A DNA stretch of 63,234 nucleotides, filler included, from Octopus bimaculoides (GCF_001194135.2; 6 parts of 5 records of this genome joined end to end with filler, not necessarily neighbours in it), one strand, 5' to 3'. Shown: positions 12,324 to 27,551, counted from the whole stretch's first letter. The notes: generated by a model not told the origin, from the sequence alone. Made by a program: numbers and translations.

Positions 12324-12987
12324 AGTCAAAATTTCTTAATATTCACTAGGTTTTTTTCTGATAATTTGAGTCTTGCACATTAGTTTACTTGCAATGTTGC
12401 AAAGCAAACGTTTACGTTGGCATTTATGTAGCACGATTCTTAGCCTCTAGATTCAGTAAATTCTTGTGCTAAACACTATTATCAAGAAGCGATCATAACT
12501 TCATATATTATTCACCAAACAGATTGCAACCTTTTTTTATTCTGTTGTTGAAACAAAGAATATACATACTGGGTTTTGAATATTCTTGAGTAGGTTTCAT
12601 CACTTGCTAAGTGATTATTGACACATTTTTTATCATCAGGTACACGTCCCGTTTGTTAACTAATTAATGTAGCTGTTTTTCTTTATTTAACATTAAAACA
12701 TTACTATTCAATCTGGTGCAAGTGAAATATTTAAACAAAGCGCAATACAAACCAGGTAGTTCTTCTGATGCTATAGCATCATTGTCACAATAAAAATGCA
12801 TCCATGTTATGGCAATATGAAGACTCGTTATCTTCACAATATTTATATTCCTTCCAAGAGTTAGAAGAAGCAGGAATCCATAGAAATTCTTCAAAATGAA
12901 AATACTTTATGACATATCCTCCTATCAATTTCACTTTATTTTGTGATTCTGAATGAATAGTCAGAGGAGGCACATACACTCACATAC

Positions 12988-13061
<74 letters not shown>

Positions 13062-13286
13062 NNNNNNNNNNCAACAGACGAGGACAGGTGGTGTAAATAA
13101 CAAAAGTATATATTAGTATGACGCTCGGGAATACGGAAAGTCATATATATGTTATGTATGTATGTGTGAGTGTGAGTGTGTGTATGTGTATCCTGTTGAA
13201 GGCACCACAGTTGCAAATATATGTTACGGCTCCGTACTGTTACTGCTCATATCTCGCTCAGAGATTTAATATAACGTTCTCACTTT

Positions 13287-13352
<66 letters not shown>

Positions 13353-13394
13353 GGAGGGGGCGGTGTCTGTGTGTGTTGAACCCGATGGGTTTCC

Positions 13395-14205
13395 TAATGG
13401 GAGTAACTGCCTAACGCAGATCCTGCCATACTTTGATGACATTTTGGGAGCTTCGGGAGAGGGCTCTAATACCGATGTCGTCTACTTTGATTTCATCAAG
13501 TTCTTTGACAGCGTTGATCATAATATTCTCTTGAAAAACTATCCAACATTGATGCCCCTGGAAAGATACTACAATAGATCAAATGTTTCCTGACAGACAG
13601 AAGCCAACCCGTTGTAGTCGAAGGAGTAAAATCAAGCCCAGCCTAAGTCAGTAATGGTGTTCCACAAGGCACTTTGGTGGGCCCACTTCATTTCATCATC
13701 CACATGAATGACATTACTGACATCATCAAGCACAGCAGCATAAGAAATTTTACAGATGATTCCAACATATAGAAAGACCTCAATGAAGTGGGTGACCGGA
13801 CATGCCTTCAATCAGATCTAGTGGCTGTCATCCAATGGGTGGAATAGAATAATATTCTAGTGAAGGAGGATAAATTTGAGTTAACCCACTTCGGAGAAGT
13901 GGATACCCTGAAACTCCCATACTCCCTTCCTTCAGGTCAAACACTCTTGGCACACAACATCAGAGACTTCGGAGATATTGTGGACAACAACATGAACTGG
14001 GTCCTCGGAATGTGTTCCTAGATTCACAGAACTTTTCAGTCGAGAGATATCCAGACCATAATCCTTCTCTTCTCCACATTTTCCTGACTCCACCTTGAAT
14101 ACTGTTGTCCACTGTGGTCTCCCCACACAAAACAAATTATCATGAAAGTTGAATCACATCAAAGGTCAATTACAAAAAAGATAGATAACAAGACTGGCCT
14201 TGACT
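13395..14205 (+). pseudogene. Degenerate CR1-group LINE reverse transcriptase
   Basis: SNCLTQILPYFDDIL..DVVYFDFIKFFDSVDHNILLK; NGVPQGTLVGPLHFII..NDI; FTDD (YADD position); LEYCCPLWSP. Contains stops and frameshifts. Confidence 0.85.
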
Positions 14206-14206
14206 A

Positions 14207-14240
<34 letters not shown>

Positions 14241-14418
14241 ATCTAATATGTGACAATTAGTCGGTTGCCGTAATGAAACTCAGAGTCTCGGATGTCGGGG
14301 TGGATTCTATTACGGTCTAAATTGAATCTGTTAATTACTAATCTATAGTATCCTACCGGCATTGTTTGACCTATAAAATCCTCGTTAAATCATTTACATT
14401 TAATATCATATATTGAAA

Positions 14419-14489
14419 TTTTTGAGGATCAGGTAAAAATGAACATACAACAGATTTTTACTATGTTCATTTTACCTGATCATCAAAAA
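14419..14489. other. ~28-bp-stem hairpin
   Basis: tttttgaggatcaggtaaaaatgaacata pairs with tatgttcattttacctgatcatcaaaaa, with one mismatch, one bulge and a 14-nt loop. Confidence 0.8.
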
Positions 14490-14494
14490 TATAT

Positions 14495-14990
14495 ACATTT
14501 TTGTTTTGTTTTCAATGAGGTTGTTGCAAGTCCCGACATTGAAGCAGCGGCGTATCTGAATGTTAGTGTGGAGTCTGTAGAAGGTACATGAACGCTGGTG
14601 AGTGATTTTGATTGTCTTTTGTGTACTTTAATTGCTTATTTCATTAATCGGTTTTATCTCAGTGGAGGAATTTTCTATGGATAATGTTGTAAAACTCTGT
14701 TTTGTGGGTAGTGTGTTGTAAGAAAGGGTAGACTATTGGGTGTATCTGAAGTGTTTTGTTTTTTCATTTTTTGTAATTCTTGAATATTTATTGATGTGGG
14801 CACGCTCTATTACTTTGTCTTTTAACATTGAGGGATATTTTCTCTCGGGTAGTATTTCATTTAATTCCTATAGTCTTTTATCAGGAGTTTCAATGTATGA
14901 AACTACTGTGCTAGATTGCAGGGAATATTAGTTTTGATGTGTTTTCTTGATAAAAGTTTCAAAGTCATTCATTTTTTCAAATGGGCACAC
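14495..14990 (-). pseudogene. Degenerate Penelope-like element fragment (RT thumb to Cys-rich linker)
   Basis: Minus-strand pieces HIKTNIPCNLA, LPFLTTHYPQN, KRQSKSL and IRRCFNVGTCNNLIE resemble PLE K..IPYNLARR / PFITT.NP / RQP.SL / C..C..C motifs. Heavily frameshifted. Confidence 0.55.
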
Positions 14991-16093
14991 TTGCCTATAA
15001 GTAAATAAATTCACAAATATTTCTTCATTACAACATACGCTATAGGACAAAATAGAAAAACAAAACTTGCATATGTTTAATATAACCCTAACAGTAAAGT
15101 GAATTTCTTCAAACTAATACAAAATATGGAAATAATGTTACGTTTTGCAAAAGATCCTAGAATATTTTTCTCAAATTTTGCCACACGGTCAGCAGTTCCG
15201 AGGATGTGTCTAAGTCGATTACATCGACTCCAGTGCTTTTACTGCATCAGCATATGTAGAAGCAGGGGAGGCTGTGCTCCTCTATGTGTGCGTAAACTTT
15301 TGCACATGCACACATAATGACACACACACACACACCAACACAAATAGCTTTCAATATATAGGTGTATATATTTGTGTATATATAAATATATACATATATA
15401 CATGTATATATAAACACATATGTACATATGTGTGCGTATGCATATATTTATGTAAAAATGTTTAATTGTAACTATGTATTTATGCATAAATTATAATATA
15501 AAAATAGATGTGTATATACTTATGAAAAACGGAAGGTAAACAATATATTTGTTATTACATATTCTATTTTTTTTCTGAAGCCATTTCAATTACCTTTAAT
15601 ATTCAGAATCATATAAAAATTCATATTTATACCGGATTTGGAGAATTTTGTGGATAATTTTTGAAGCATGTTATTTCGGTTACCTTCGCTTTCCCGTCAC
15701 TATCGTTACGTTATATATAGTTTTTATTTTTTCAATCATTTTCATATCTCTCAGTGTTTCACTCTATTCTCAGGTTTTTACGTACTATCTCATTCTCTCC
15801 ATATTTCACAGTTATTCTCGAATATATTTATGGATTTTCTTGTGCTTACAATTTCATATTTGCAAACTGTCCTTGCAAACAATCATAACATAAATTAAAA
15901 TTACAGGAATGTGTATCAAATTTTTTAAATTTTTCAGCTTCGCTTAATTTTGCAAATTGATATCTAAATAGTGTTTTTGTTTCACGACCGTAAGCATAAA
16001 TTCAATATTTCATACACAAGCAGACACACACACACATATATGTATATGTATATATACGTATAGACCATAAATATATATATATATATATATATA

Positions 16094-16193
16094 NNNNNNN
16101 NNNNNNNNNNNNNNNNNNNNNNNNNNNNNNNNNNNNNTTAATTAATTAANNNNNNNNNNNNNNNNNNNNNNNNNNNNNNNNNNNNNNNNNNNN
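16094..16193. other. Artificial 100-bp scaffold linker N44-TTAATTAATTAA-N44 (also 41375-41474, 54981-55080, 56746-56845, 60844-60943)
   Basis: An identical 12-mer with stops in all six frames, centred in exactly 44+44 Ns, occurs five times. Confidence 0.9.
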
Positions 16194-16583
16194 GTTTTCC
16201 GTACACCTAGGGCAGAGAAACTCGTTATATGCATTCCCAGTTTACACACGCAAATTCACAGGTAAAATATGTATTAAAAAAAAAATTCATGAATGGATGT
16301 TGTTTTCACAGCGACAATGCTCTTCGCAGTACATGAGTCGTTCCAGTTAGCACGATTTTTTGCACTTCCTGTAGGGATGGTAAGCCTGGTATCATTTTCA
16401 AATAGGTTTCAGTACCTTTTCTTATCATTCCTAGAGATCCTACAATCACTGGTACGGTAGTCGCCTTGAGGTGCCACATTTTTTCAATTTCTATTAGCAA
16501 GTCTTTATATTTACTGATCTTGTCAAATTCTTTCGCCGCTATATTATGATCACAGGGAATACTCATGTCAATTAATAAACATG
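16194..16583 (-). mobile_element. 5'-truncated Dong/R4-like non-LTR retrotransposon (restriction-like endonuclease C-terminus and 3' UTR)
   Basis: CLLIDMSIPCDHNIAAKEFDKISKYKDLLIEIEKMW..VPVIVGSLG..QKIVLTGTTHVLRRAL. Abuts (TTA)n at 16584-16686. Confidence 0.85.
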
Positions 16584-16632
16584 TTATTATTATAATTATT
16601 ATTATTATCATTATTATTATTATTATTATTAC

Positions 16633-16686
<54 letters not shown>
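16584..16686. repeat. (TTA)n microsatellite
   Basis: Direct reading. Confidence 0.95.
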
Positions 16687-16688
<2 letters not shown>

Positions 16689-19639
16689 TGACGACATCCT
16701 ACAGTTATCCTTAAGATGGAAATTATTGCCGTTCAACTTCTGGAAAGTTGATCTCCTAAAATAAATATTAAAATGATATAAATTAACTAGTAATACAAAT
16801 TGATGCATTAATTCCTTTCTTGTTTGCATTCATTTTTTTATTTAATATTTTTTTCATTCCATACCGTGTATCAAAAATCCTGTCATACATCTACTATCTG
16901 ATTACTTGTATTATTCCGCTACCTTCCATTGACAAGGAATAATGTCAGTGATATGTCAGACATTCATGGATCGTTTTTTGCTTTAAATGACTATCATGTC
17001 TCTATTACGATGTAAACATTTTACTTTCAACTACAGGTTCTGAGATCAAATCGAAATAAATTTATAATTGATACAGTTATTTTTGTTTGAATGATATAAA
17101 ACACAATGTCGCAATGTGTTAATAGAGTGTCCTATTTCATACATCGGAGAACATAGGTTTAACATTGAAATTCGCAAAATAAGGAAGAAAATAATATAAA
17201 TGTTGTACAGTGTTGTACAGTTTAAGAATTCTTAGCTGTTTGAGAAAATAGTCAATTCTTTTGGACATTTTGCTCGCACTATTCAGTACGTTTTCTTTGT
17301 AATTTTTCTGATATACACTTTAGGACACGACTCGACAGTGTGAATAAATATAATTTGGCTTACGGATAAATATTGTTTTTATTTCAAAGACATCACGTCG
17401 TGACATATACTGGAAAGTCAATCGTACTTGATTCCGAGCAACAGAAAATCAATACCAAAATTTATTAGATTGCTTCATGCCAATTATTATTTTTCCATTT
17501 TTCTGCAAAATGTTATAATCACAATTTACCTATTTCAGTGCACTTCTTTCAGAGAGTGAAACTAACCTGTAGGATTTCACATTTTTTTTTCTAAAACCCG
17601 CTTATAAGACTTCCAAAATAAATGCGACTTAAAATACATTATCAAACTACGGTAGTGCTTCTGTTCTGTAATTAAAAACTCTAAGATATTAGCAAGAACA
17701 AAGTACTATATATAAAGTTTACAAATGTATGGATACGTGTATAGAAATTATATAAATAGCAATCTTCTACGTGTATGGAAATTATATAGACATTTTCTAT
17801 TTCAGTGTCCTGTTAAGCAAACGGAATGATATTAATTGTTGTTCTGAGTAGATTAACTATCTCCTATGAAGATACACTTTTTTTTAATCACCACAAAATA
17901 AGATTCGAAGAAAGGGAATTAGTTTTTATAAAATAATTAAAACACACCGACAACACAGTTCGTGAAGTGTAGTCGATTGAATGCAATAACATATTTAGTA
18001 TATAAGAACGAATTATCGGCATTCAGACATTAGCCATGTGAGTGAGAGTTAGAATTGTAGAAGTCTAACAAAGGAACCTAGTTCGGAAAACAATGCGACG
18101 ATCTGGGATAAATGAGTGTGCTCTAGAAAAGGGAAGAAATAACCTATGATATCGTACTGCCATCACTACTTCGCTGTGTCTAATCAAATATTATATTTTA
18201 ATGTAGGTGTCTAAATTTATACATAAAGAATTTCTCATATAAACTAAATTCGGATAATGTTTAATTTAAGATATATGAATTATGTTTTTCTGCCTATGTT
18301 CTAAAGTATTGCCACTATTGTTTTTTATTCTATCAATGTGCTGTGCATAAGGAATATAACTACTTTTACGTGCTTATCATGATGCAGAACCAATAAAATA
18401 CGTATCGTAGAGATAAAGCAAAGAATAACTACACAATATGTAAGTGCCCAACAGGAAATTGATGAGTAGTTTTGTGAAAATTCTCACAAGATATATGTTC
18501 AGTGAATTGTATATATTCATTAATTTTAGATATATTTCTCGTTATAGTATAATTCACAGAAGATGGATTATTTTCTGTTACAATTTTAGAATAGACAATA
18601 CATCAGGGGTATGTTGTGTTTGATGCATTGCACAACATTTATTTTACCGTAATTTATTGAAGTGAAGATCCATGTATTAAAACACGAGTACGAAACATTT
18701 TAGGAAATCATTTATTTCACGTTCATCAGTATTGAAATACCAGGATTTTATTTCCTTTATTATTGTAACCTATTACAAGCAAATTTGTCAGATTTTGATG
18801 ATATATTTACAGATTTTTTCCAGAAGTAAAAGAATAACCGTGTTCAGAATTCTTGATTTCAACTAAACGAAAATATTGATTTCTGACACAGGTCAGAAAC
18901 TTAAAGCGATGGGAACTTTATAAATTAATTACATTACTTGATTATTTCTTATTTTGGCTATCCCAAGAGTATGAAGTACAAAATAAACTTAAAGATATAA
19001 AGAGGATCTTGCAACTTAATATGTAACCCATTGCTGTTTTACAATATTCATATTATTTCTGAAGAAACTTCATGGGGTGGAGATCATAATTTTCATAGTA
19101 TTTACGTTCGATGACGCAGTTCATTTGCATAACATTACATTTGCTTACTTGCAAACAACCTACAGAAAATGTAGCGATTTTGAACAGATACAGACACAAA
19201 CACATGCACAAGCATATATATATATATATTAATATATATNNNNNNNNNNNNNNNNNNNNNNNNNNNNNNNNNNNNNNNNNNNNNNNNNNNNNNNNNNNNN
19301 NNNNNNNNNNNNNNNNNNNNATATATATATATATAACTAATGGGTTTCCGAGAGTTTTTTACAGTTGTTTCGATAGGAATTTTTATTTTGATGAGAGCAT
19401 AATACAGTTATTCAAGTTATACGATACTCTAAGCACCTCCCCAGCTTGTCAAGCAATCTCAAAACAGATTGATATAACAATTTGTTTAGTAATCCATTGA
19501 TTCGCAATGTATCTGGAAAATAATTCGTGCACGATTATAAATATGGAACAGTAGTTAGGGAATCTATGTGTCACCATGTTTTTCTGCCCGGCCTTATTTA
19601 CCTTTAACAAGTATGCTATACTCAACACAGCTCGTATAT

Positions 19640-20580
19640 AAATGCTTTCAGTGAAAGATCAACTATTCTGCTGATATAGAAAATTTCAATTTGTATTCTG
19701 TAGCTACCAGACTACTGCTCATGTTTCCTAGTGAAATTGACATGAAATTTGGATTAGGAAAAATGAGCAAGAATAACGTCGTTGGGAGGAAATTTAACAA
19801 CTCTTACATCATGTTAGACAATAAAACAGAGTTGGGAGTATTAGGGTGACCACAGGCTGACAATTATACTACAGAGTTACTGATGTAAATAGAGTACATC
19901 CTAAAATGATCGGTCAAGAGGGGTGTTGGCGGATAATTAGAGACGTATTAGATTAATATTTAACACAGTGTAAAGTTAACAGCCATTAATCCTCTACCTA
20001 TTCCAACAATAAATTACAGTCAAAATAAATACAAGGGAACATTAAGGGAACTAGGAATACTTAAGAAAGAAATTAAGAAAAATAATGAATGCATTTACAG
20101 TACATTCCTACAAATCCTATAGAAAAACATTTGCCGAGAATGTTGAAAAATATAACATTATGCAACTAGATAATTTGATCAAATATCTTCAAAAAAGTCA
20201 CAAAAGCTATCTAGTAAATGAAAGACAGAGAAGTAATGCCAACATCGATACAACTAAATGTTGTTATCTAATGTAAAGGGAGCAAAAAATATTAATTGTA
20301 GGCTAACTGATAACGGGATCAATACGTTCTTGTCGGGTTCCTCTTAAAAGATATGCGCAACAACAGCAGGATATTCTAGAATGCTTAGTTAACCCCTTAG
20401 TAAGGAAAAAATCCATCGCTGTCAATATCTGAGAAGATTGAAAAAAGTGGAAATATATAAATACAAATCACTGAGAAGCGCATGTGTCAAAGCAGAGACA
20501 AATGAATTCTTTATCGCAGCACATGATCAAAGCGTTCAATCAGAAACTCCCAAGGCGCGAAATAACCGAAGAAATATCTG
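19640..20580 (+). pseudogene. Old, highly degraded Dong/R4-like RT C-terminal region
   Basis: Frameshifted motifs DMKFGLGK, LTAINPLPIPTINY, ELGILKKEIKKIMNAF.VH, EKIHRCQY and VKAET..FIAAHDQS (compare LKAETEGFIIAAQDQ). Confidence 0.55.
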
Positions 20581-20873
20581 CTGATTACAAAGAAACAGCA
20601 TAGTTTCTGGCAACTCAGTCTTAGACAATTAACAATCCACATTGAGATATGGCAGCGCTCAGATTTTCATGCACAGATGTTCTTTAATAAGTGAAAGTCT
20701 TCGAAATATAAACATATGACAGATAATTCTTATGCTGTAAATGAAATGAGGAACAAATCTTATAATATATTCCATGAAAAAGATTGAAAATTGTTCGTCG
20801 AGAAATACATAGTCAAACACTTATGGCTCATACAAATACATACACACACACACATGCACACGTACACACACAC

Positions 20874-20927
<54 letters not shown>

Positions 20928-21059
20928 ATATATAAAATTTAATGATGCATATATTTACAGCGCACACAACCTGCGCCCGTTAACACAGTGGAAACACAAA
21001 ATAATATGAGAATACTAAAAAAATATTATCGGTTTCTAATAAAGAGAAAACACAATTAT

Positions 21060-21185
21060 TGTATTTTAATGATTCTGAAAGGATGAAAGACAAATTTGAT
21101 CTCAGTGGAATTTCATCTGAGAACGTAAGGAACTTGAATGTGCATAGCACAGAACTTTGTTGGTCATTTTTACGATTCTGCCAAA
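21060..21185 (-). mobile_element. Degraded SINE family B
   Basis: gaaaggatgaaagacaaatttgatctcagtggaattt..agaacgtaag..acgattctgcca matches family B. Confidence 0.6.
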
Positions 21186-22066
21186 ACAAACTATCAAATT
21201 GCACCCACTGATATTCTGTTGAAGGTCTACCCAATAATATACAATACATATCCTAGACAATTACAGTCACAAAATAATATACACATGATGCAGCAACATA
21301 ACATATGCGAGATCAATTGTCAACCAATAAAATGGTACATCTCACATATGATATACTCTTCACAACAAAGAGACATTGAAATTCTACCAGAAACAATAAA
21401 ACAAAACTCACTTAAAAAATAAAATATAACAGTATACAAACACAATTCTTCACCTCAATAAACGAAAATGTTACGCCACCTGAAACACGGCAGTTCACCA
21501 CAGGCCAATAAAGGAACCTCACTGACACAAATAAGAATTTAATAATCTTCAAATTATAACTTATCATCTTCGTAATGGAAATCACATATTGGATAATATA
21601 CTTCTGTGTACCCCTAAACAGGTGGGATGGCCACGTTTAGAGTGCTCTCTAATGATCAGTCCGCTCAAACAGGTTTGACCCACGACTGAAATTCAGTAAC
21701 AATGGTAAACATGCTTCTGGTGGCGAGAAACAAGTTAGAAAAAACTGTTGCAAACATATATATCGGGACAAAAAGGTCACCAAATCATGAGAGCTTATCA
21801 AACAATACAAAATATAGAATTATTTACATACCAGAATATCTATTTCAGATAAATGATGACTCAAACTTATCGATTACATTATGTATTCATTTCACTTTAT
21901 TTCAACTTTCTTCATTTCTTTTAGTTTTATACTTGTGTTTGTTATTGATATTGCAGCAAAATGTGCTGTTTCAAACTTCAATAACGGGAAAAAACAGCTG
22001 CTTCCGAAAATTAGGGTGATTTTTATCTCTTTTCTTCTATTGACCTCTCTGGAGCAGCATCAGCAT

Positions 22067-22125
<59 letters not shown>

Positions 22126-22377
22126 TGGTGGTGGTGACGGTGGTTTTGGCGTTGATCGTCGTCGTCGTAATATATTTTCTTGCTCTAGAGACAAGCTTTC
22201 AACACAAACAATTTATAAATTCCTTTATGTTCGTCATTGTAGAATTTCAAATACTCCCGGGAGAGATTTACCTTACAATGAGAATATAAATCTTTTTCAT
22301 AATAATTTCAAATTTACTTACTGATGTATACACATACGCATACACACACGCGCACACATACACACATACACACACAC

Positions 22378-22414
<37 letters not shown>

Positions 22415-23514
22415 TGCACATACACACTCACCCAATCGCAAACACATACATACATATAATATATACACGTATATATGCATAGATGCATGGATATATGTAT
22501 AAACAGTAAACGTAGTTGTTGATGAAGCATAAATTTAAACTAGTTCTGTATGTATCTAATGTTCATGGGCTAGTTAGTGCCGTATTTGTGCAAAATAACA
22601 TGTCTTATGGACGTACTGTGTTAAAATACCAAAGGCCGTGCTAGCTACAGCTAGCGAGAACGCCAGATGAATTTTAGCCATTTTGGGACTTATCAATGAC
22701 GTGTACTCACCGAGTGACATGCTTAGACGAGCATTAATCGCCTCCAAATAAAGAAAACAGAGAATAAAATATTCGCCGATGATGCGAGTAGTCGCCCGAC
22801 CGAATATAAATACAGTAAACGCAATAGAGATAGCATCAATATTAATTAACTATCTAAGTATCAAGCATGATGTATATACAGCGTTGATAGACTGGTTACT
22901 CGGTATTCGTCCGAGATGACATCTCTTATGAACATGTTGAGTTAAAAAGAAAATAAATATCGAAGGGAGACGTTAAACAGCCCAACAACAGCCAGAGGAA
23001 CACCAGAGGAATTTTGGCTATTTTTTGCCCTAATTAAAGTCACATGACTATCACCAGGAATCTTTGTGTGTTGCTGCCAGTAGCAGCAATATAGTGGTAT
23101 GTTGTGGTATTCATTCTTTTTCAGGGTTCGGAATTCTTCCAAATATACTATATAATATAACTCAATATTCAGCTCGATAGCAGCGGCCAGTTAAGCATGC
23201 ACTGCGTTGAACAATAATACTATAGATGGATGGAATCTGTTCATAATTCTCCTAGGGCCGTATTGACAGATAATGTTCATCTTCATTGACAGATGTGTAT
23301 TCAGTCTTCTTCGCATAAAAAACACAGGCCAGCGTTAACTGCAGCATATACAACCAAAGCTAACAAATCTTGCTTATCACACAGTTAAGGAGCTATGAAA
23401 GCAAGAACAGCATTGTCTTAATGCATACATACATACATATACACACACACAAACATACACACACGGAAACACACACACACACACACACTTACGCACGCGC
23501 TCGCACACACACAT

Positions 23515-23585
<71 letters not shown>

Positions 23586-24799
23586 TCTTATGCTTGCTAG
23601 TTTGCAAAGACTGAAATTAATTGTAATTTTTTCCACTATACACACAATGATTCAAGTAAATGCTAGTGCGTAGAGTATTACTCCTTTGCATAGTTTACAT
23701 ACGCGTGCGCCACTCCCATACACACACAGAGAAAGAGAGAGATGAAGGAAAGAGAAAGAGAGTTGTGAAACATTGCAGATCCACTTAAAATAATGTTCTG
23801 AACCAAATTTAGTTTGTTCTGAATAGATAATTCTTGTTAGAAGTTAGTTATCCACCGTAGCGTTGTGAAGTAAACTGCAACTGCCCCTGTATTTGTTTAG
23901 GTATCGCAACTACATTCTCCTAACATCTGCAGATAATATATCTAATGTCCTATTAATCGATAACACTGCCATTAGATGTTAATTAATTACCAGTATTAAA
24001 CTCTTGAACGGGTGAACGACGAATTTAAACGTATTTAATAAAGATTTTGAATTATTTACTAGCATTGTAATAGATCAGTCCTAATATATAGCATAATTAA
24101 TGCAGTGAATATTTTGCATAATCGCGAAATTTTCATAATGAAAACATTTGAAAGTATCAGAAAACGATAAAGATTTCACATAAATTAATTATTTGAACTT
24201 ATTTCAAAAGCACCTTCAAGCATATTCTATGTTTGATTCAGCTTTTATCAATTCTAATTTGCTGTTCGTCATTGCATTAAATCGTCTCAAAAGACCATTG
24301 GCCTCTACTAATACTTGTCATTTTAGAAATTTTTAGAATCATTTACAATGAACATTTATATTATCGCATAAAAATTAGATCACTCTTCTGGGCCATTCCT
24401 TTTTAGGTTAAAAGAACCAAACTGCTTTTTATATCTGAATCGTTTGTGATGCGAATGGTTTTACACAATGCAACACTTTCACTAGCATCTTTTATTTTAT
24501 ACAAGAAGGTATTGTCAGTTCTTTGAGAAGAGCATTCCGATAAAATCCAACCTTATGAACAGAAAAATTATTATAAATTCCCAATGTAATAATTATAGAT
24601 AATTAAAATTCATAGTTCAGTGGAAGAATGCTTATCTACCATGCTGACAGCCTGATTTCGTTGCCCAGCCGATGCATTATATGTAGATTTATATGTGATC
24701 TGTATTCTGTGTAGTGGTTAACGCGCTTAAAAATTAAAAAAACAAACTTACAACAGGTTCCGCATTCGAATCAAGCAACCGCTGTTGCTTACATTTCAT

Positions 24800-25180
24800 A
24801 GGTGTCTCTGTATGGTAAGAAATTTCCTTTCCAACCACATTCTCGGGTTCAGTCCTGCTGCATACCATCCTGAGCGAATGTTTTGTACTATAGAATTGGG
24901 CTGACTAAAGACTTGTGAATGGGTTTTGTAGGCGGTTACTGAAGAATCCTGCCATACATCTATGTGTGCGTGTGTGTGTGTGTGTGTGTGTTTGTGCTTA
25001 TTACGCTTGACAGCCGGTATTGGTTTTACTATGTCCTCCGTAACTTGGTGGTTTGGAATAAGAGACCCATAGAATAAGTGTCAGATTATAGAAATAGGTA
25101 CTCGACTCGATTCATGTGACCCTTCAAGTCAGTGCCACATCATGGCTGCAATTCAATGGCTGAAACAACTAAATCATAAA
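24800..25180 (+). mobile_element. Old SINE family A copy
   Basis: ccaaccacattctcgggttcagtcc head, (TG)n middle, cgcttgacagccggtattgg, and tail catggctgcaattcaatggctgaaacaa. Confidence 0.75.
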
Positions 25181-25272
25181 AGTAAGTTAAAAGGTGCGTG
25201 CGTGTACAGGTGTATATACACGTATACCTCTGTGTATGAGTTAGTATACGTATATAACTGCCAAGATGCGTA

Positions 25273-25429
<157 letters not shown>

Positions 25430-25600
25430 TCAAAGTTTTGCCACAAGGGCATGAGTCGATTACATCAACCCCAATGTTCATCTGGTACTTATTTTATCGA
25501 ACCCGAAAGGATGAAAGGCGGAATTTGAACACAGAATGGGCGAAATACCGCTAAGCATTTAATCTAGGGTGCTAACGATTCTGCCAGTTCGCCGCCTCAG
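25430..25600 (-). mobile_element. SINE family B (tRNA head plus Nin/Deu-like domain), internally deleted
   Basis: Minus strand reads ggcgaactggcagaatcgttagc head then gcctttcatcctttcgggttcgataaaataagtacc, similar to the Nin/Deu SINE domain as recalled. Confidence 0.8.
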
Positions 25601-25697
25601 TAACAATAATAGAGGTCCTTGTTGTAACTTGACAAACAGTACAAACTCCGGGTAGAGACAATCAACAACCTCATGATATTGTATACTGTGCATCGTC

Positions 25698-25782
<85 letters not shown>

Positions 25783-26586
25783 TTTTTCCTATAAGAACAT
25801 GTACAAATTTACACATAGAAAATGCCATCTACTTTTCTTGAAGCAAATAGTAATTACTGCCCCACATTACGTTTGTTTTCAATTCAATTTTCATCTACAA
25901 TGTAATTGCTTTCAACAACAACTACCTCTTCCAGTTTTGCTGCGTATATTATATATTATTCCATGCCCCAAAATGCTTCTACTGTACGTTATATTCAACG
26001 TATTAGATAATAATTACTTGGCAAGGGAAAATGTATGAAATACGTATTCGGCTTGAGAGTTCAAACAGTCCTGGGTAGTCATTTATGGTTTTTAATGCAT
26101 GCAATCTTTAAAAGCTATCTAGAAATAAATATGGGATTGATCTTCTCGATAAACACTTCACGATGGTGCACCAGCATGACAACAATCCAAAGATTGAAAC
26201 CAGAGAAGAATCACATAATTCGAATATATTAACTTTACTTTTAAGTAAAGTTATGTTTATTCTTGCAATCCATGAGGAAGGTTTCCTTGCTTTATATCAT
26301 TTACATATCTTAACAAAATTCAAAGGAGAGGTTTATAGGTCTATCGGTATGGAATGAGTGTTCAACAGTTTCATAAGATGTCAATATGTGTGCTTGTTGA
26401 TGTTGGTGTAATAGTTTATTTAGCTTTTCTTGCGGAAGGGATTATTTATGGTGTGATAGAATTAACTGTTATGAAGATTATTAATAGTATTTGCATCATC
26501 ATAATTTCTTGCCTATTTCTGACTTCACACGCTCTCTATTATATGGGATATATATACATATATTATAAACACACCCACACCCACAC

Positions 26587-26622
<36 letters not shown>

Positions 26623-26850
26623 TCCTATTTATATAGATGTATATATATATATATCTTATCGAATTGGTGCAAATGTATATAGAATAATTTATCATTTGAA
26701 TAAAGTTAAAACATGGTCTGGCTTTCACATTTTTATTATGGTATTTAAAAAAATAAATAAATACTTTTTTACAATGTTGACTGTAAATTTTTTTCTTAAA
26801 TACCATAATAAAAACACGTGATATTTAGATCAAGTTTTAAGTATATTCAA

Positions 26851-26937
<87 letters not shown>

Positions 26938-27459
26938 ATGTATGTATAATATGCATATACATAGTTCAATCTGCCTATATTTTCAGTTATAATGTTTGTT
27001 TAAGAAAATTTCCTTAAGTATTCGATTTTACCAACTGATGCTTAATTTAAGAAGCAGAACAAGAAAAACAAATAATGTAAAGACTCCAATAAATGGAGAG
27101 TATAGACAGTTAATGGCATAGCTGAAATAGTAAATATGCGTAATGCAAGCAGATGGAAAGAACCATAAATTCGATAAATATAAGTAGAGATTTATTTTAT
27201 AGTTATGAAAAGACACACAGAATTAATATGAAATAAAATATGTTGGCATATGTATGTATGCTATTTAAAAAAAAAACTATTAGCAATATAGATTGAGAAA
27301 TATATATATTCTAAACCCTACTGGGTATCATTTTATCCGAGTTAGCCATAAAGCATGTGTGCTTTATATCACTCGTATATTTAAGCTTGAAATTTAAGAA
27401 TGATTTTCAAATTATCAATAATTTAGCTTAGGGTGAATGGAACCAATAAATATATGGGC

Positions 27460-27551
<92 letters not shown>

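Noticed and set aside
16138-16149. Recurrent TTAATTAATTAA (five copies) as a biological motif
   Set aside because: It is always centred in exactly 44+44 Ns and encodes stops in all frames, so it is an assembly linker.
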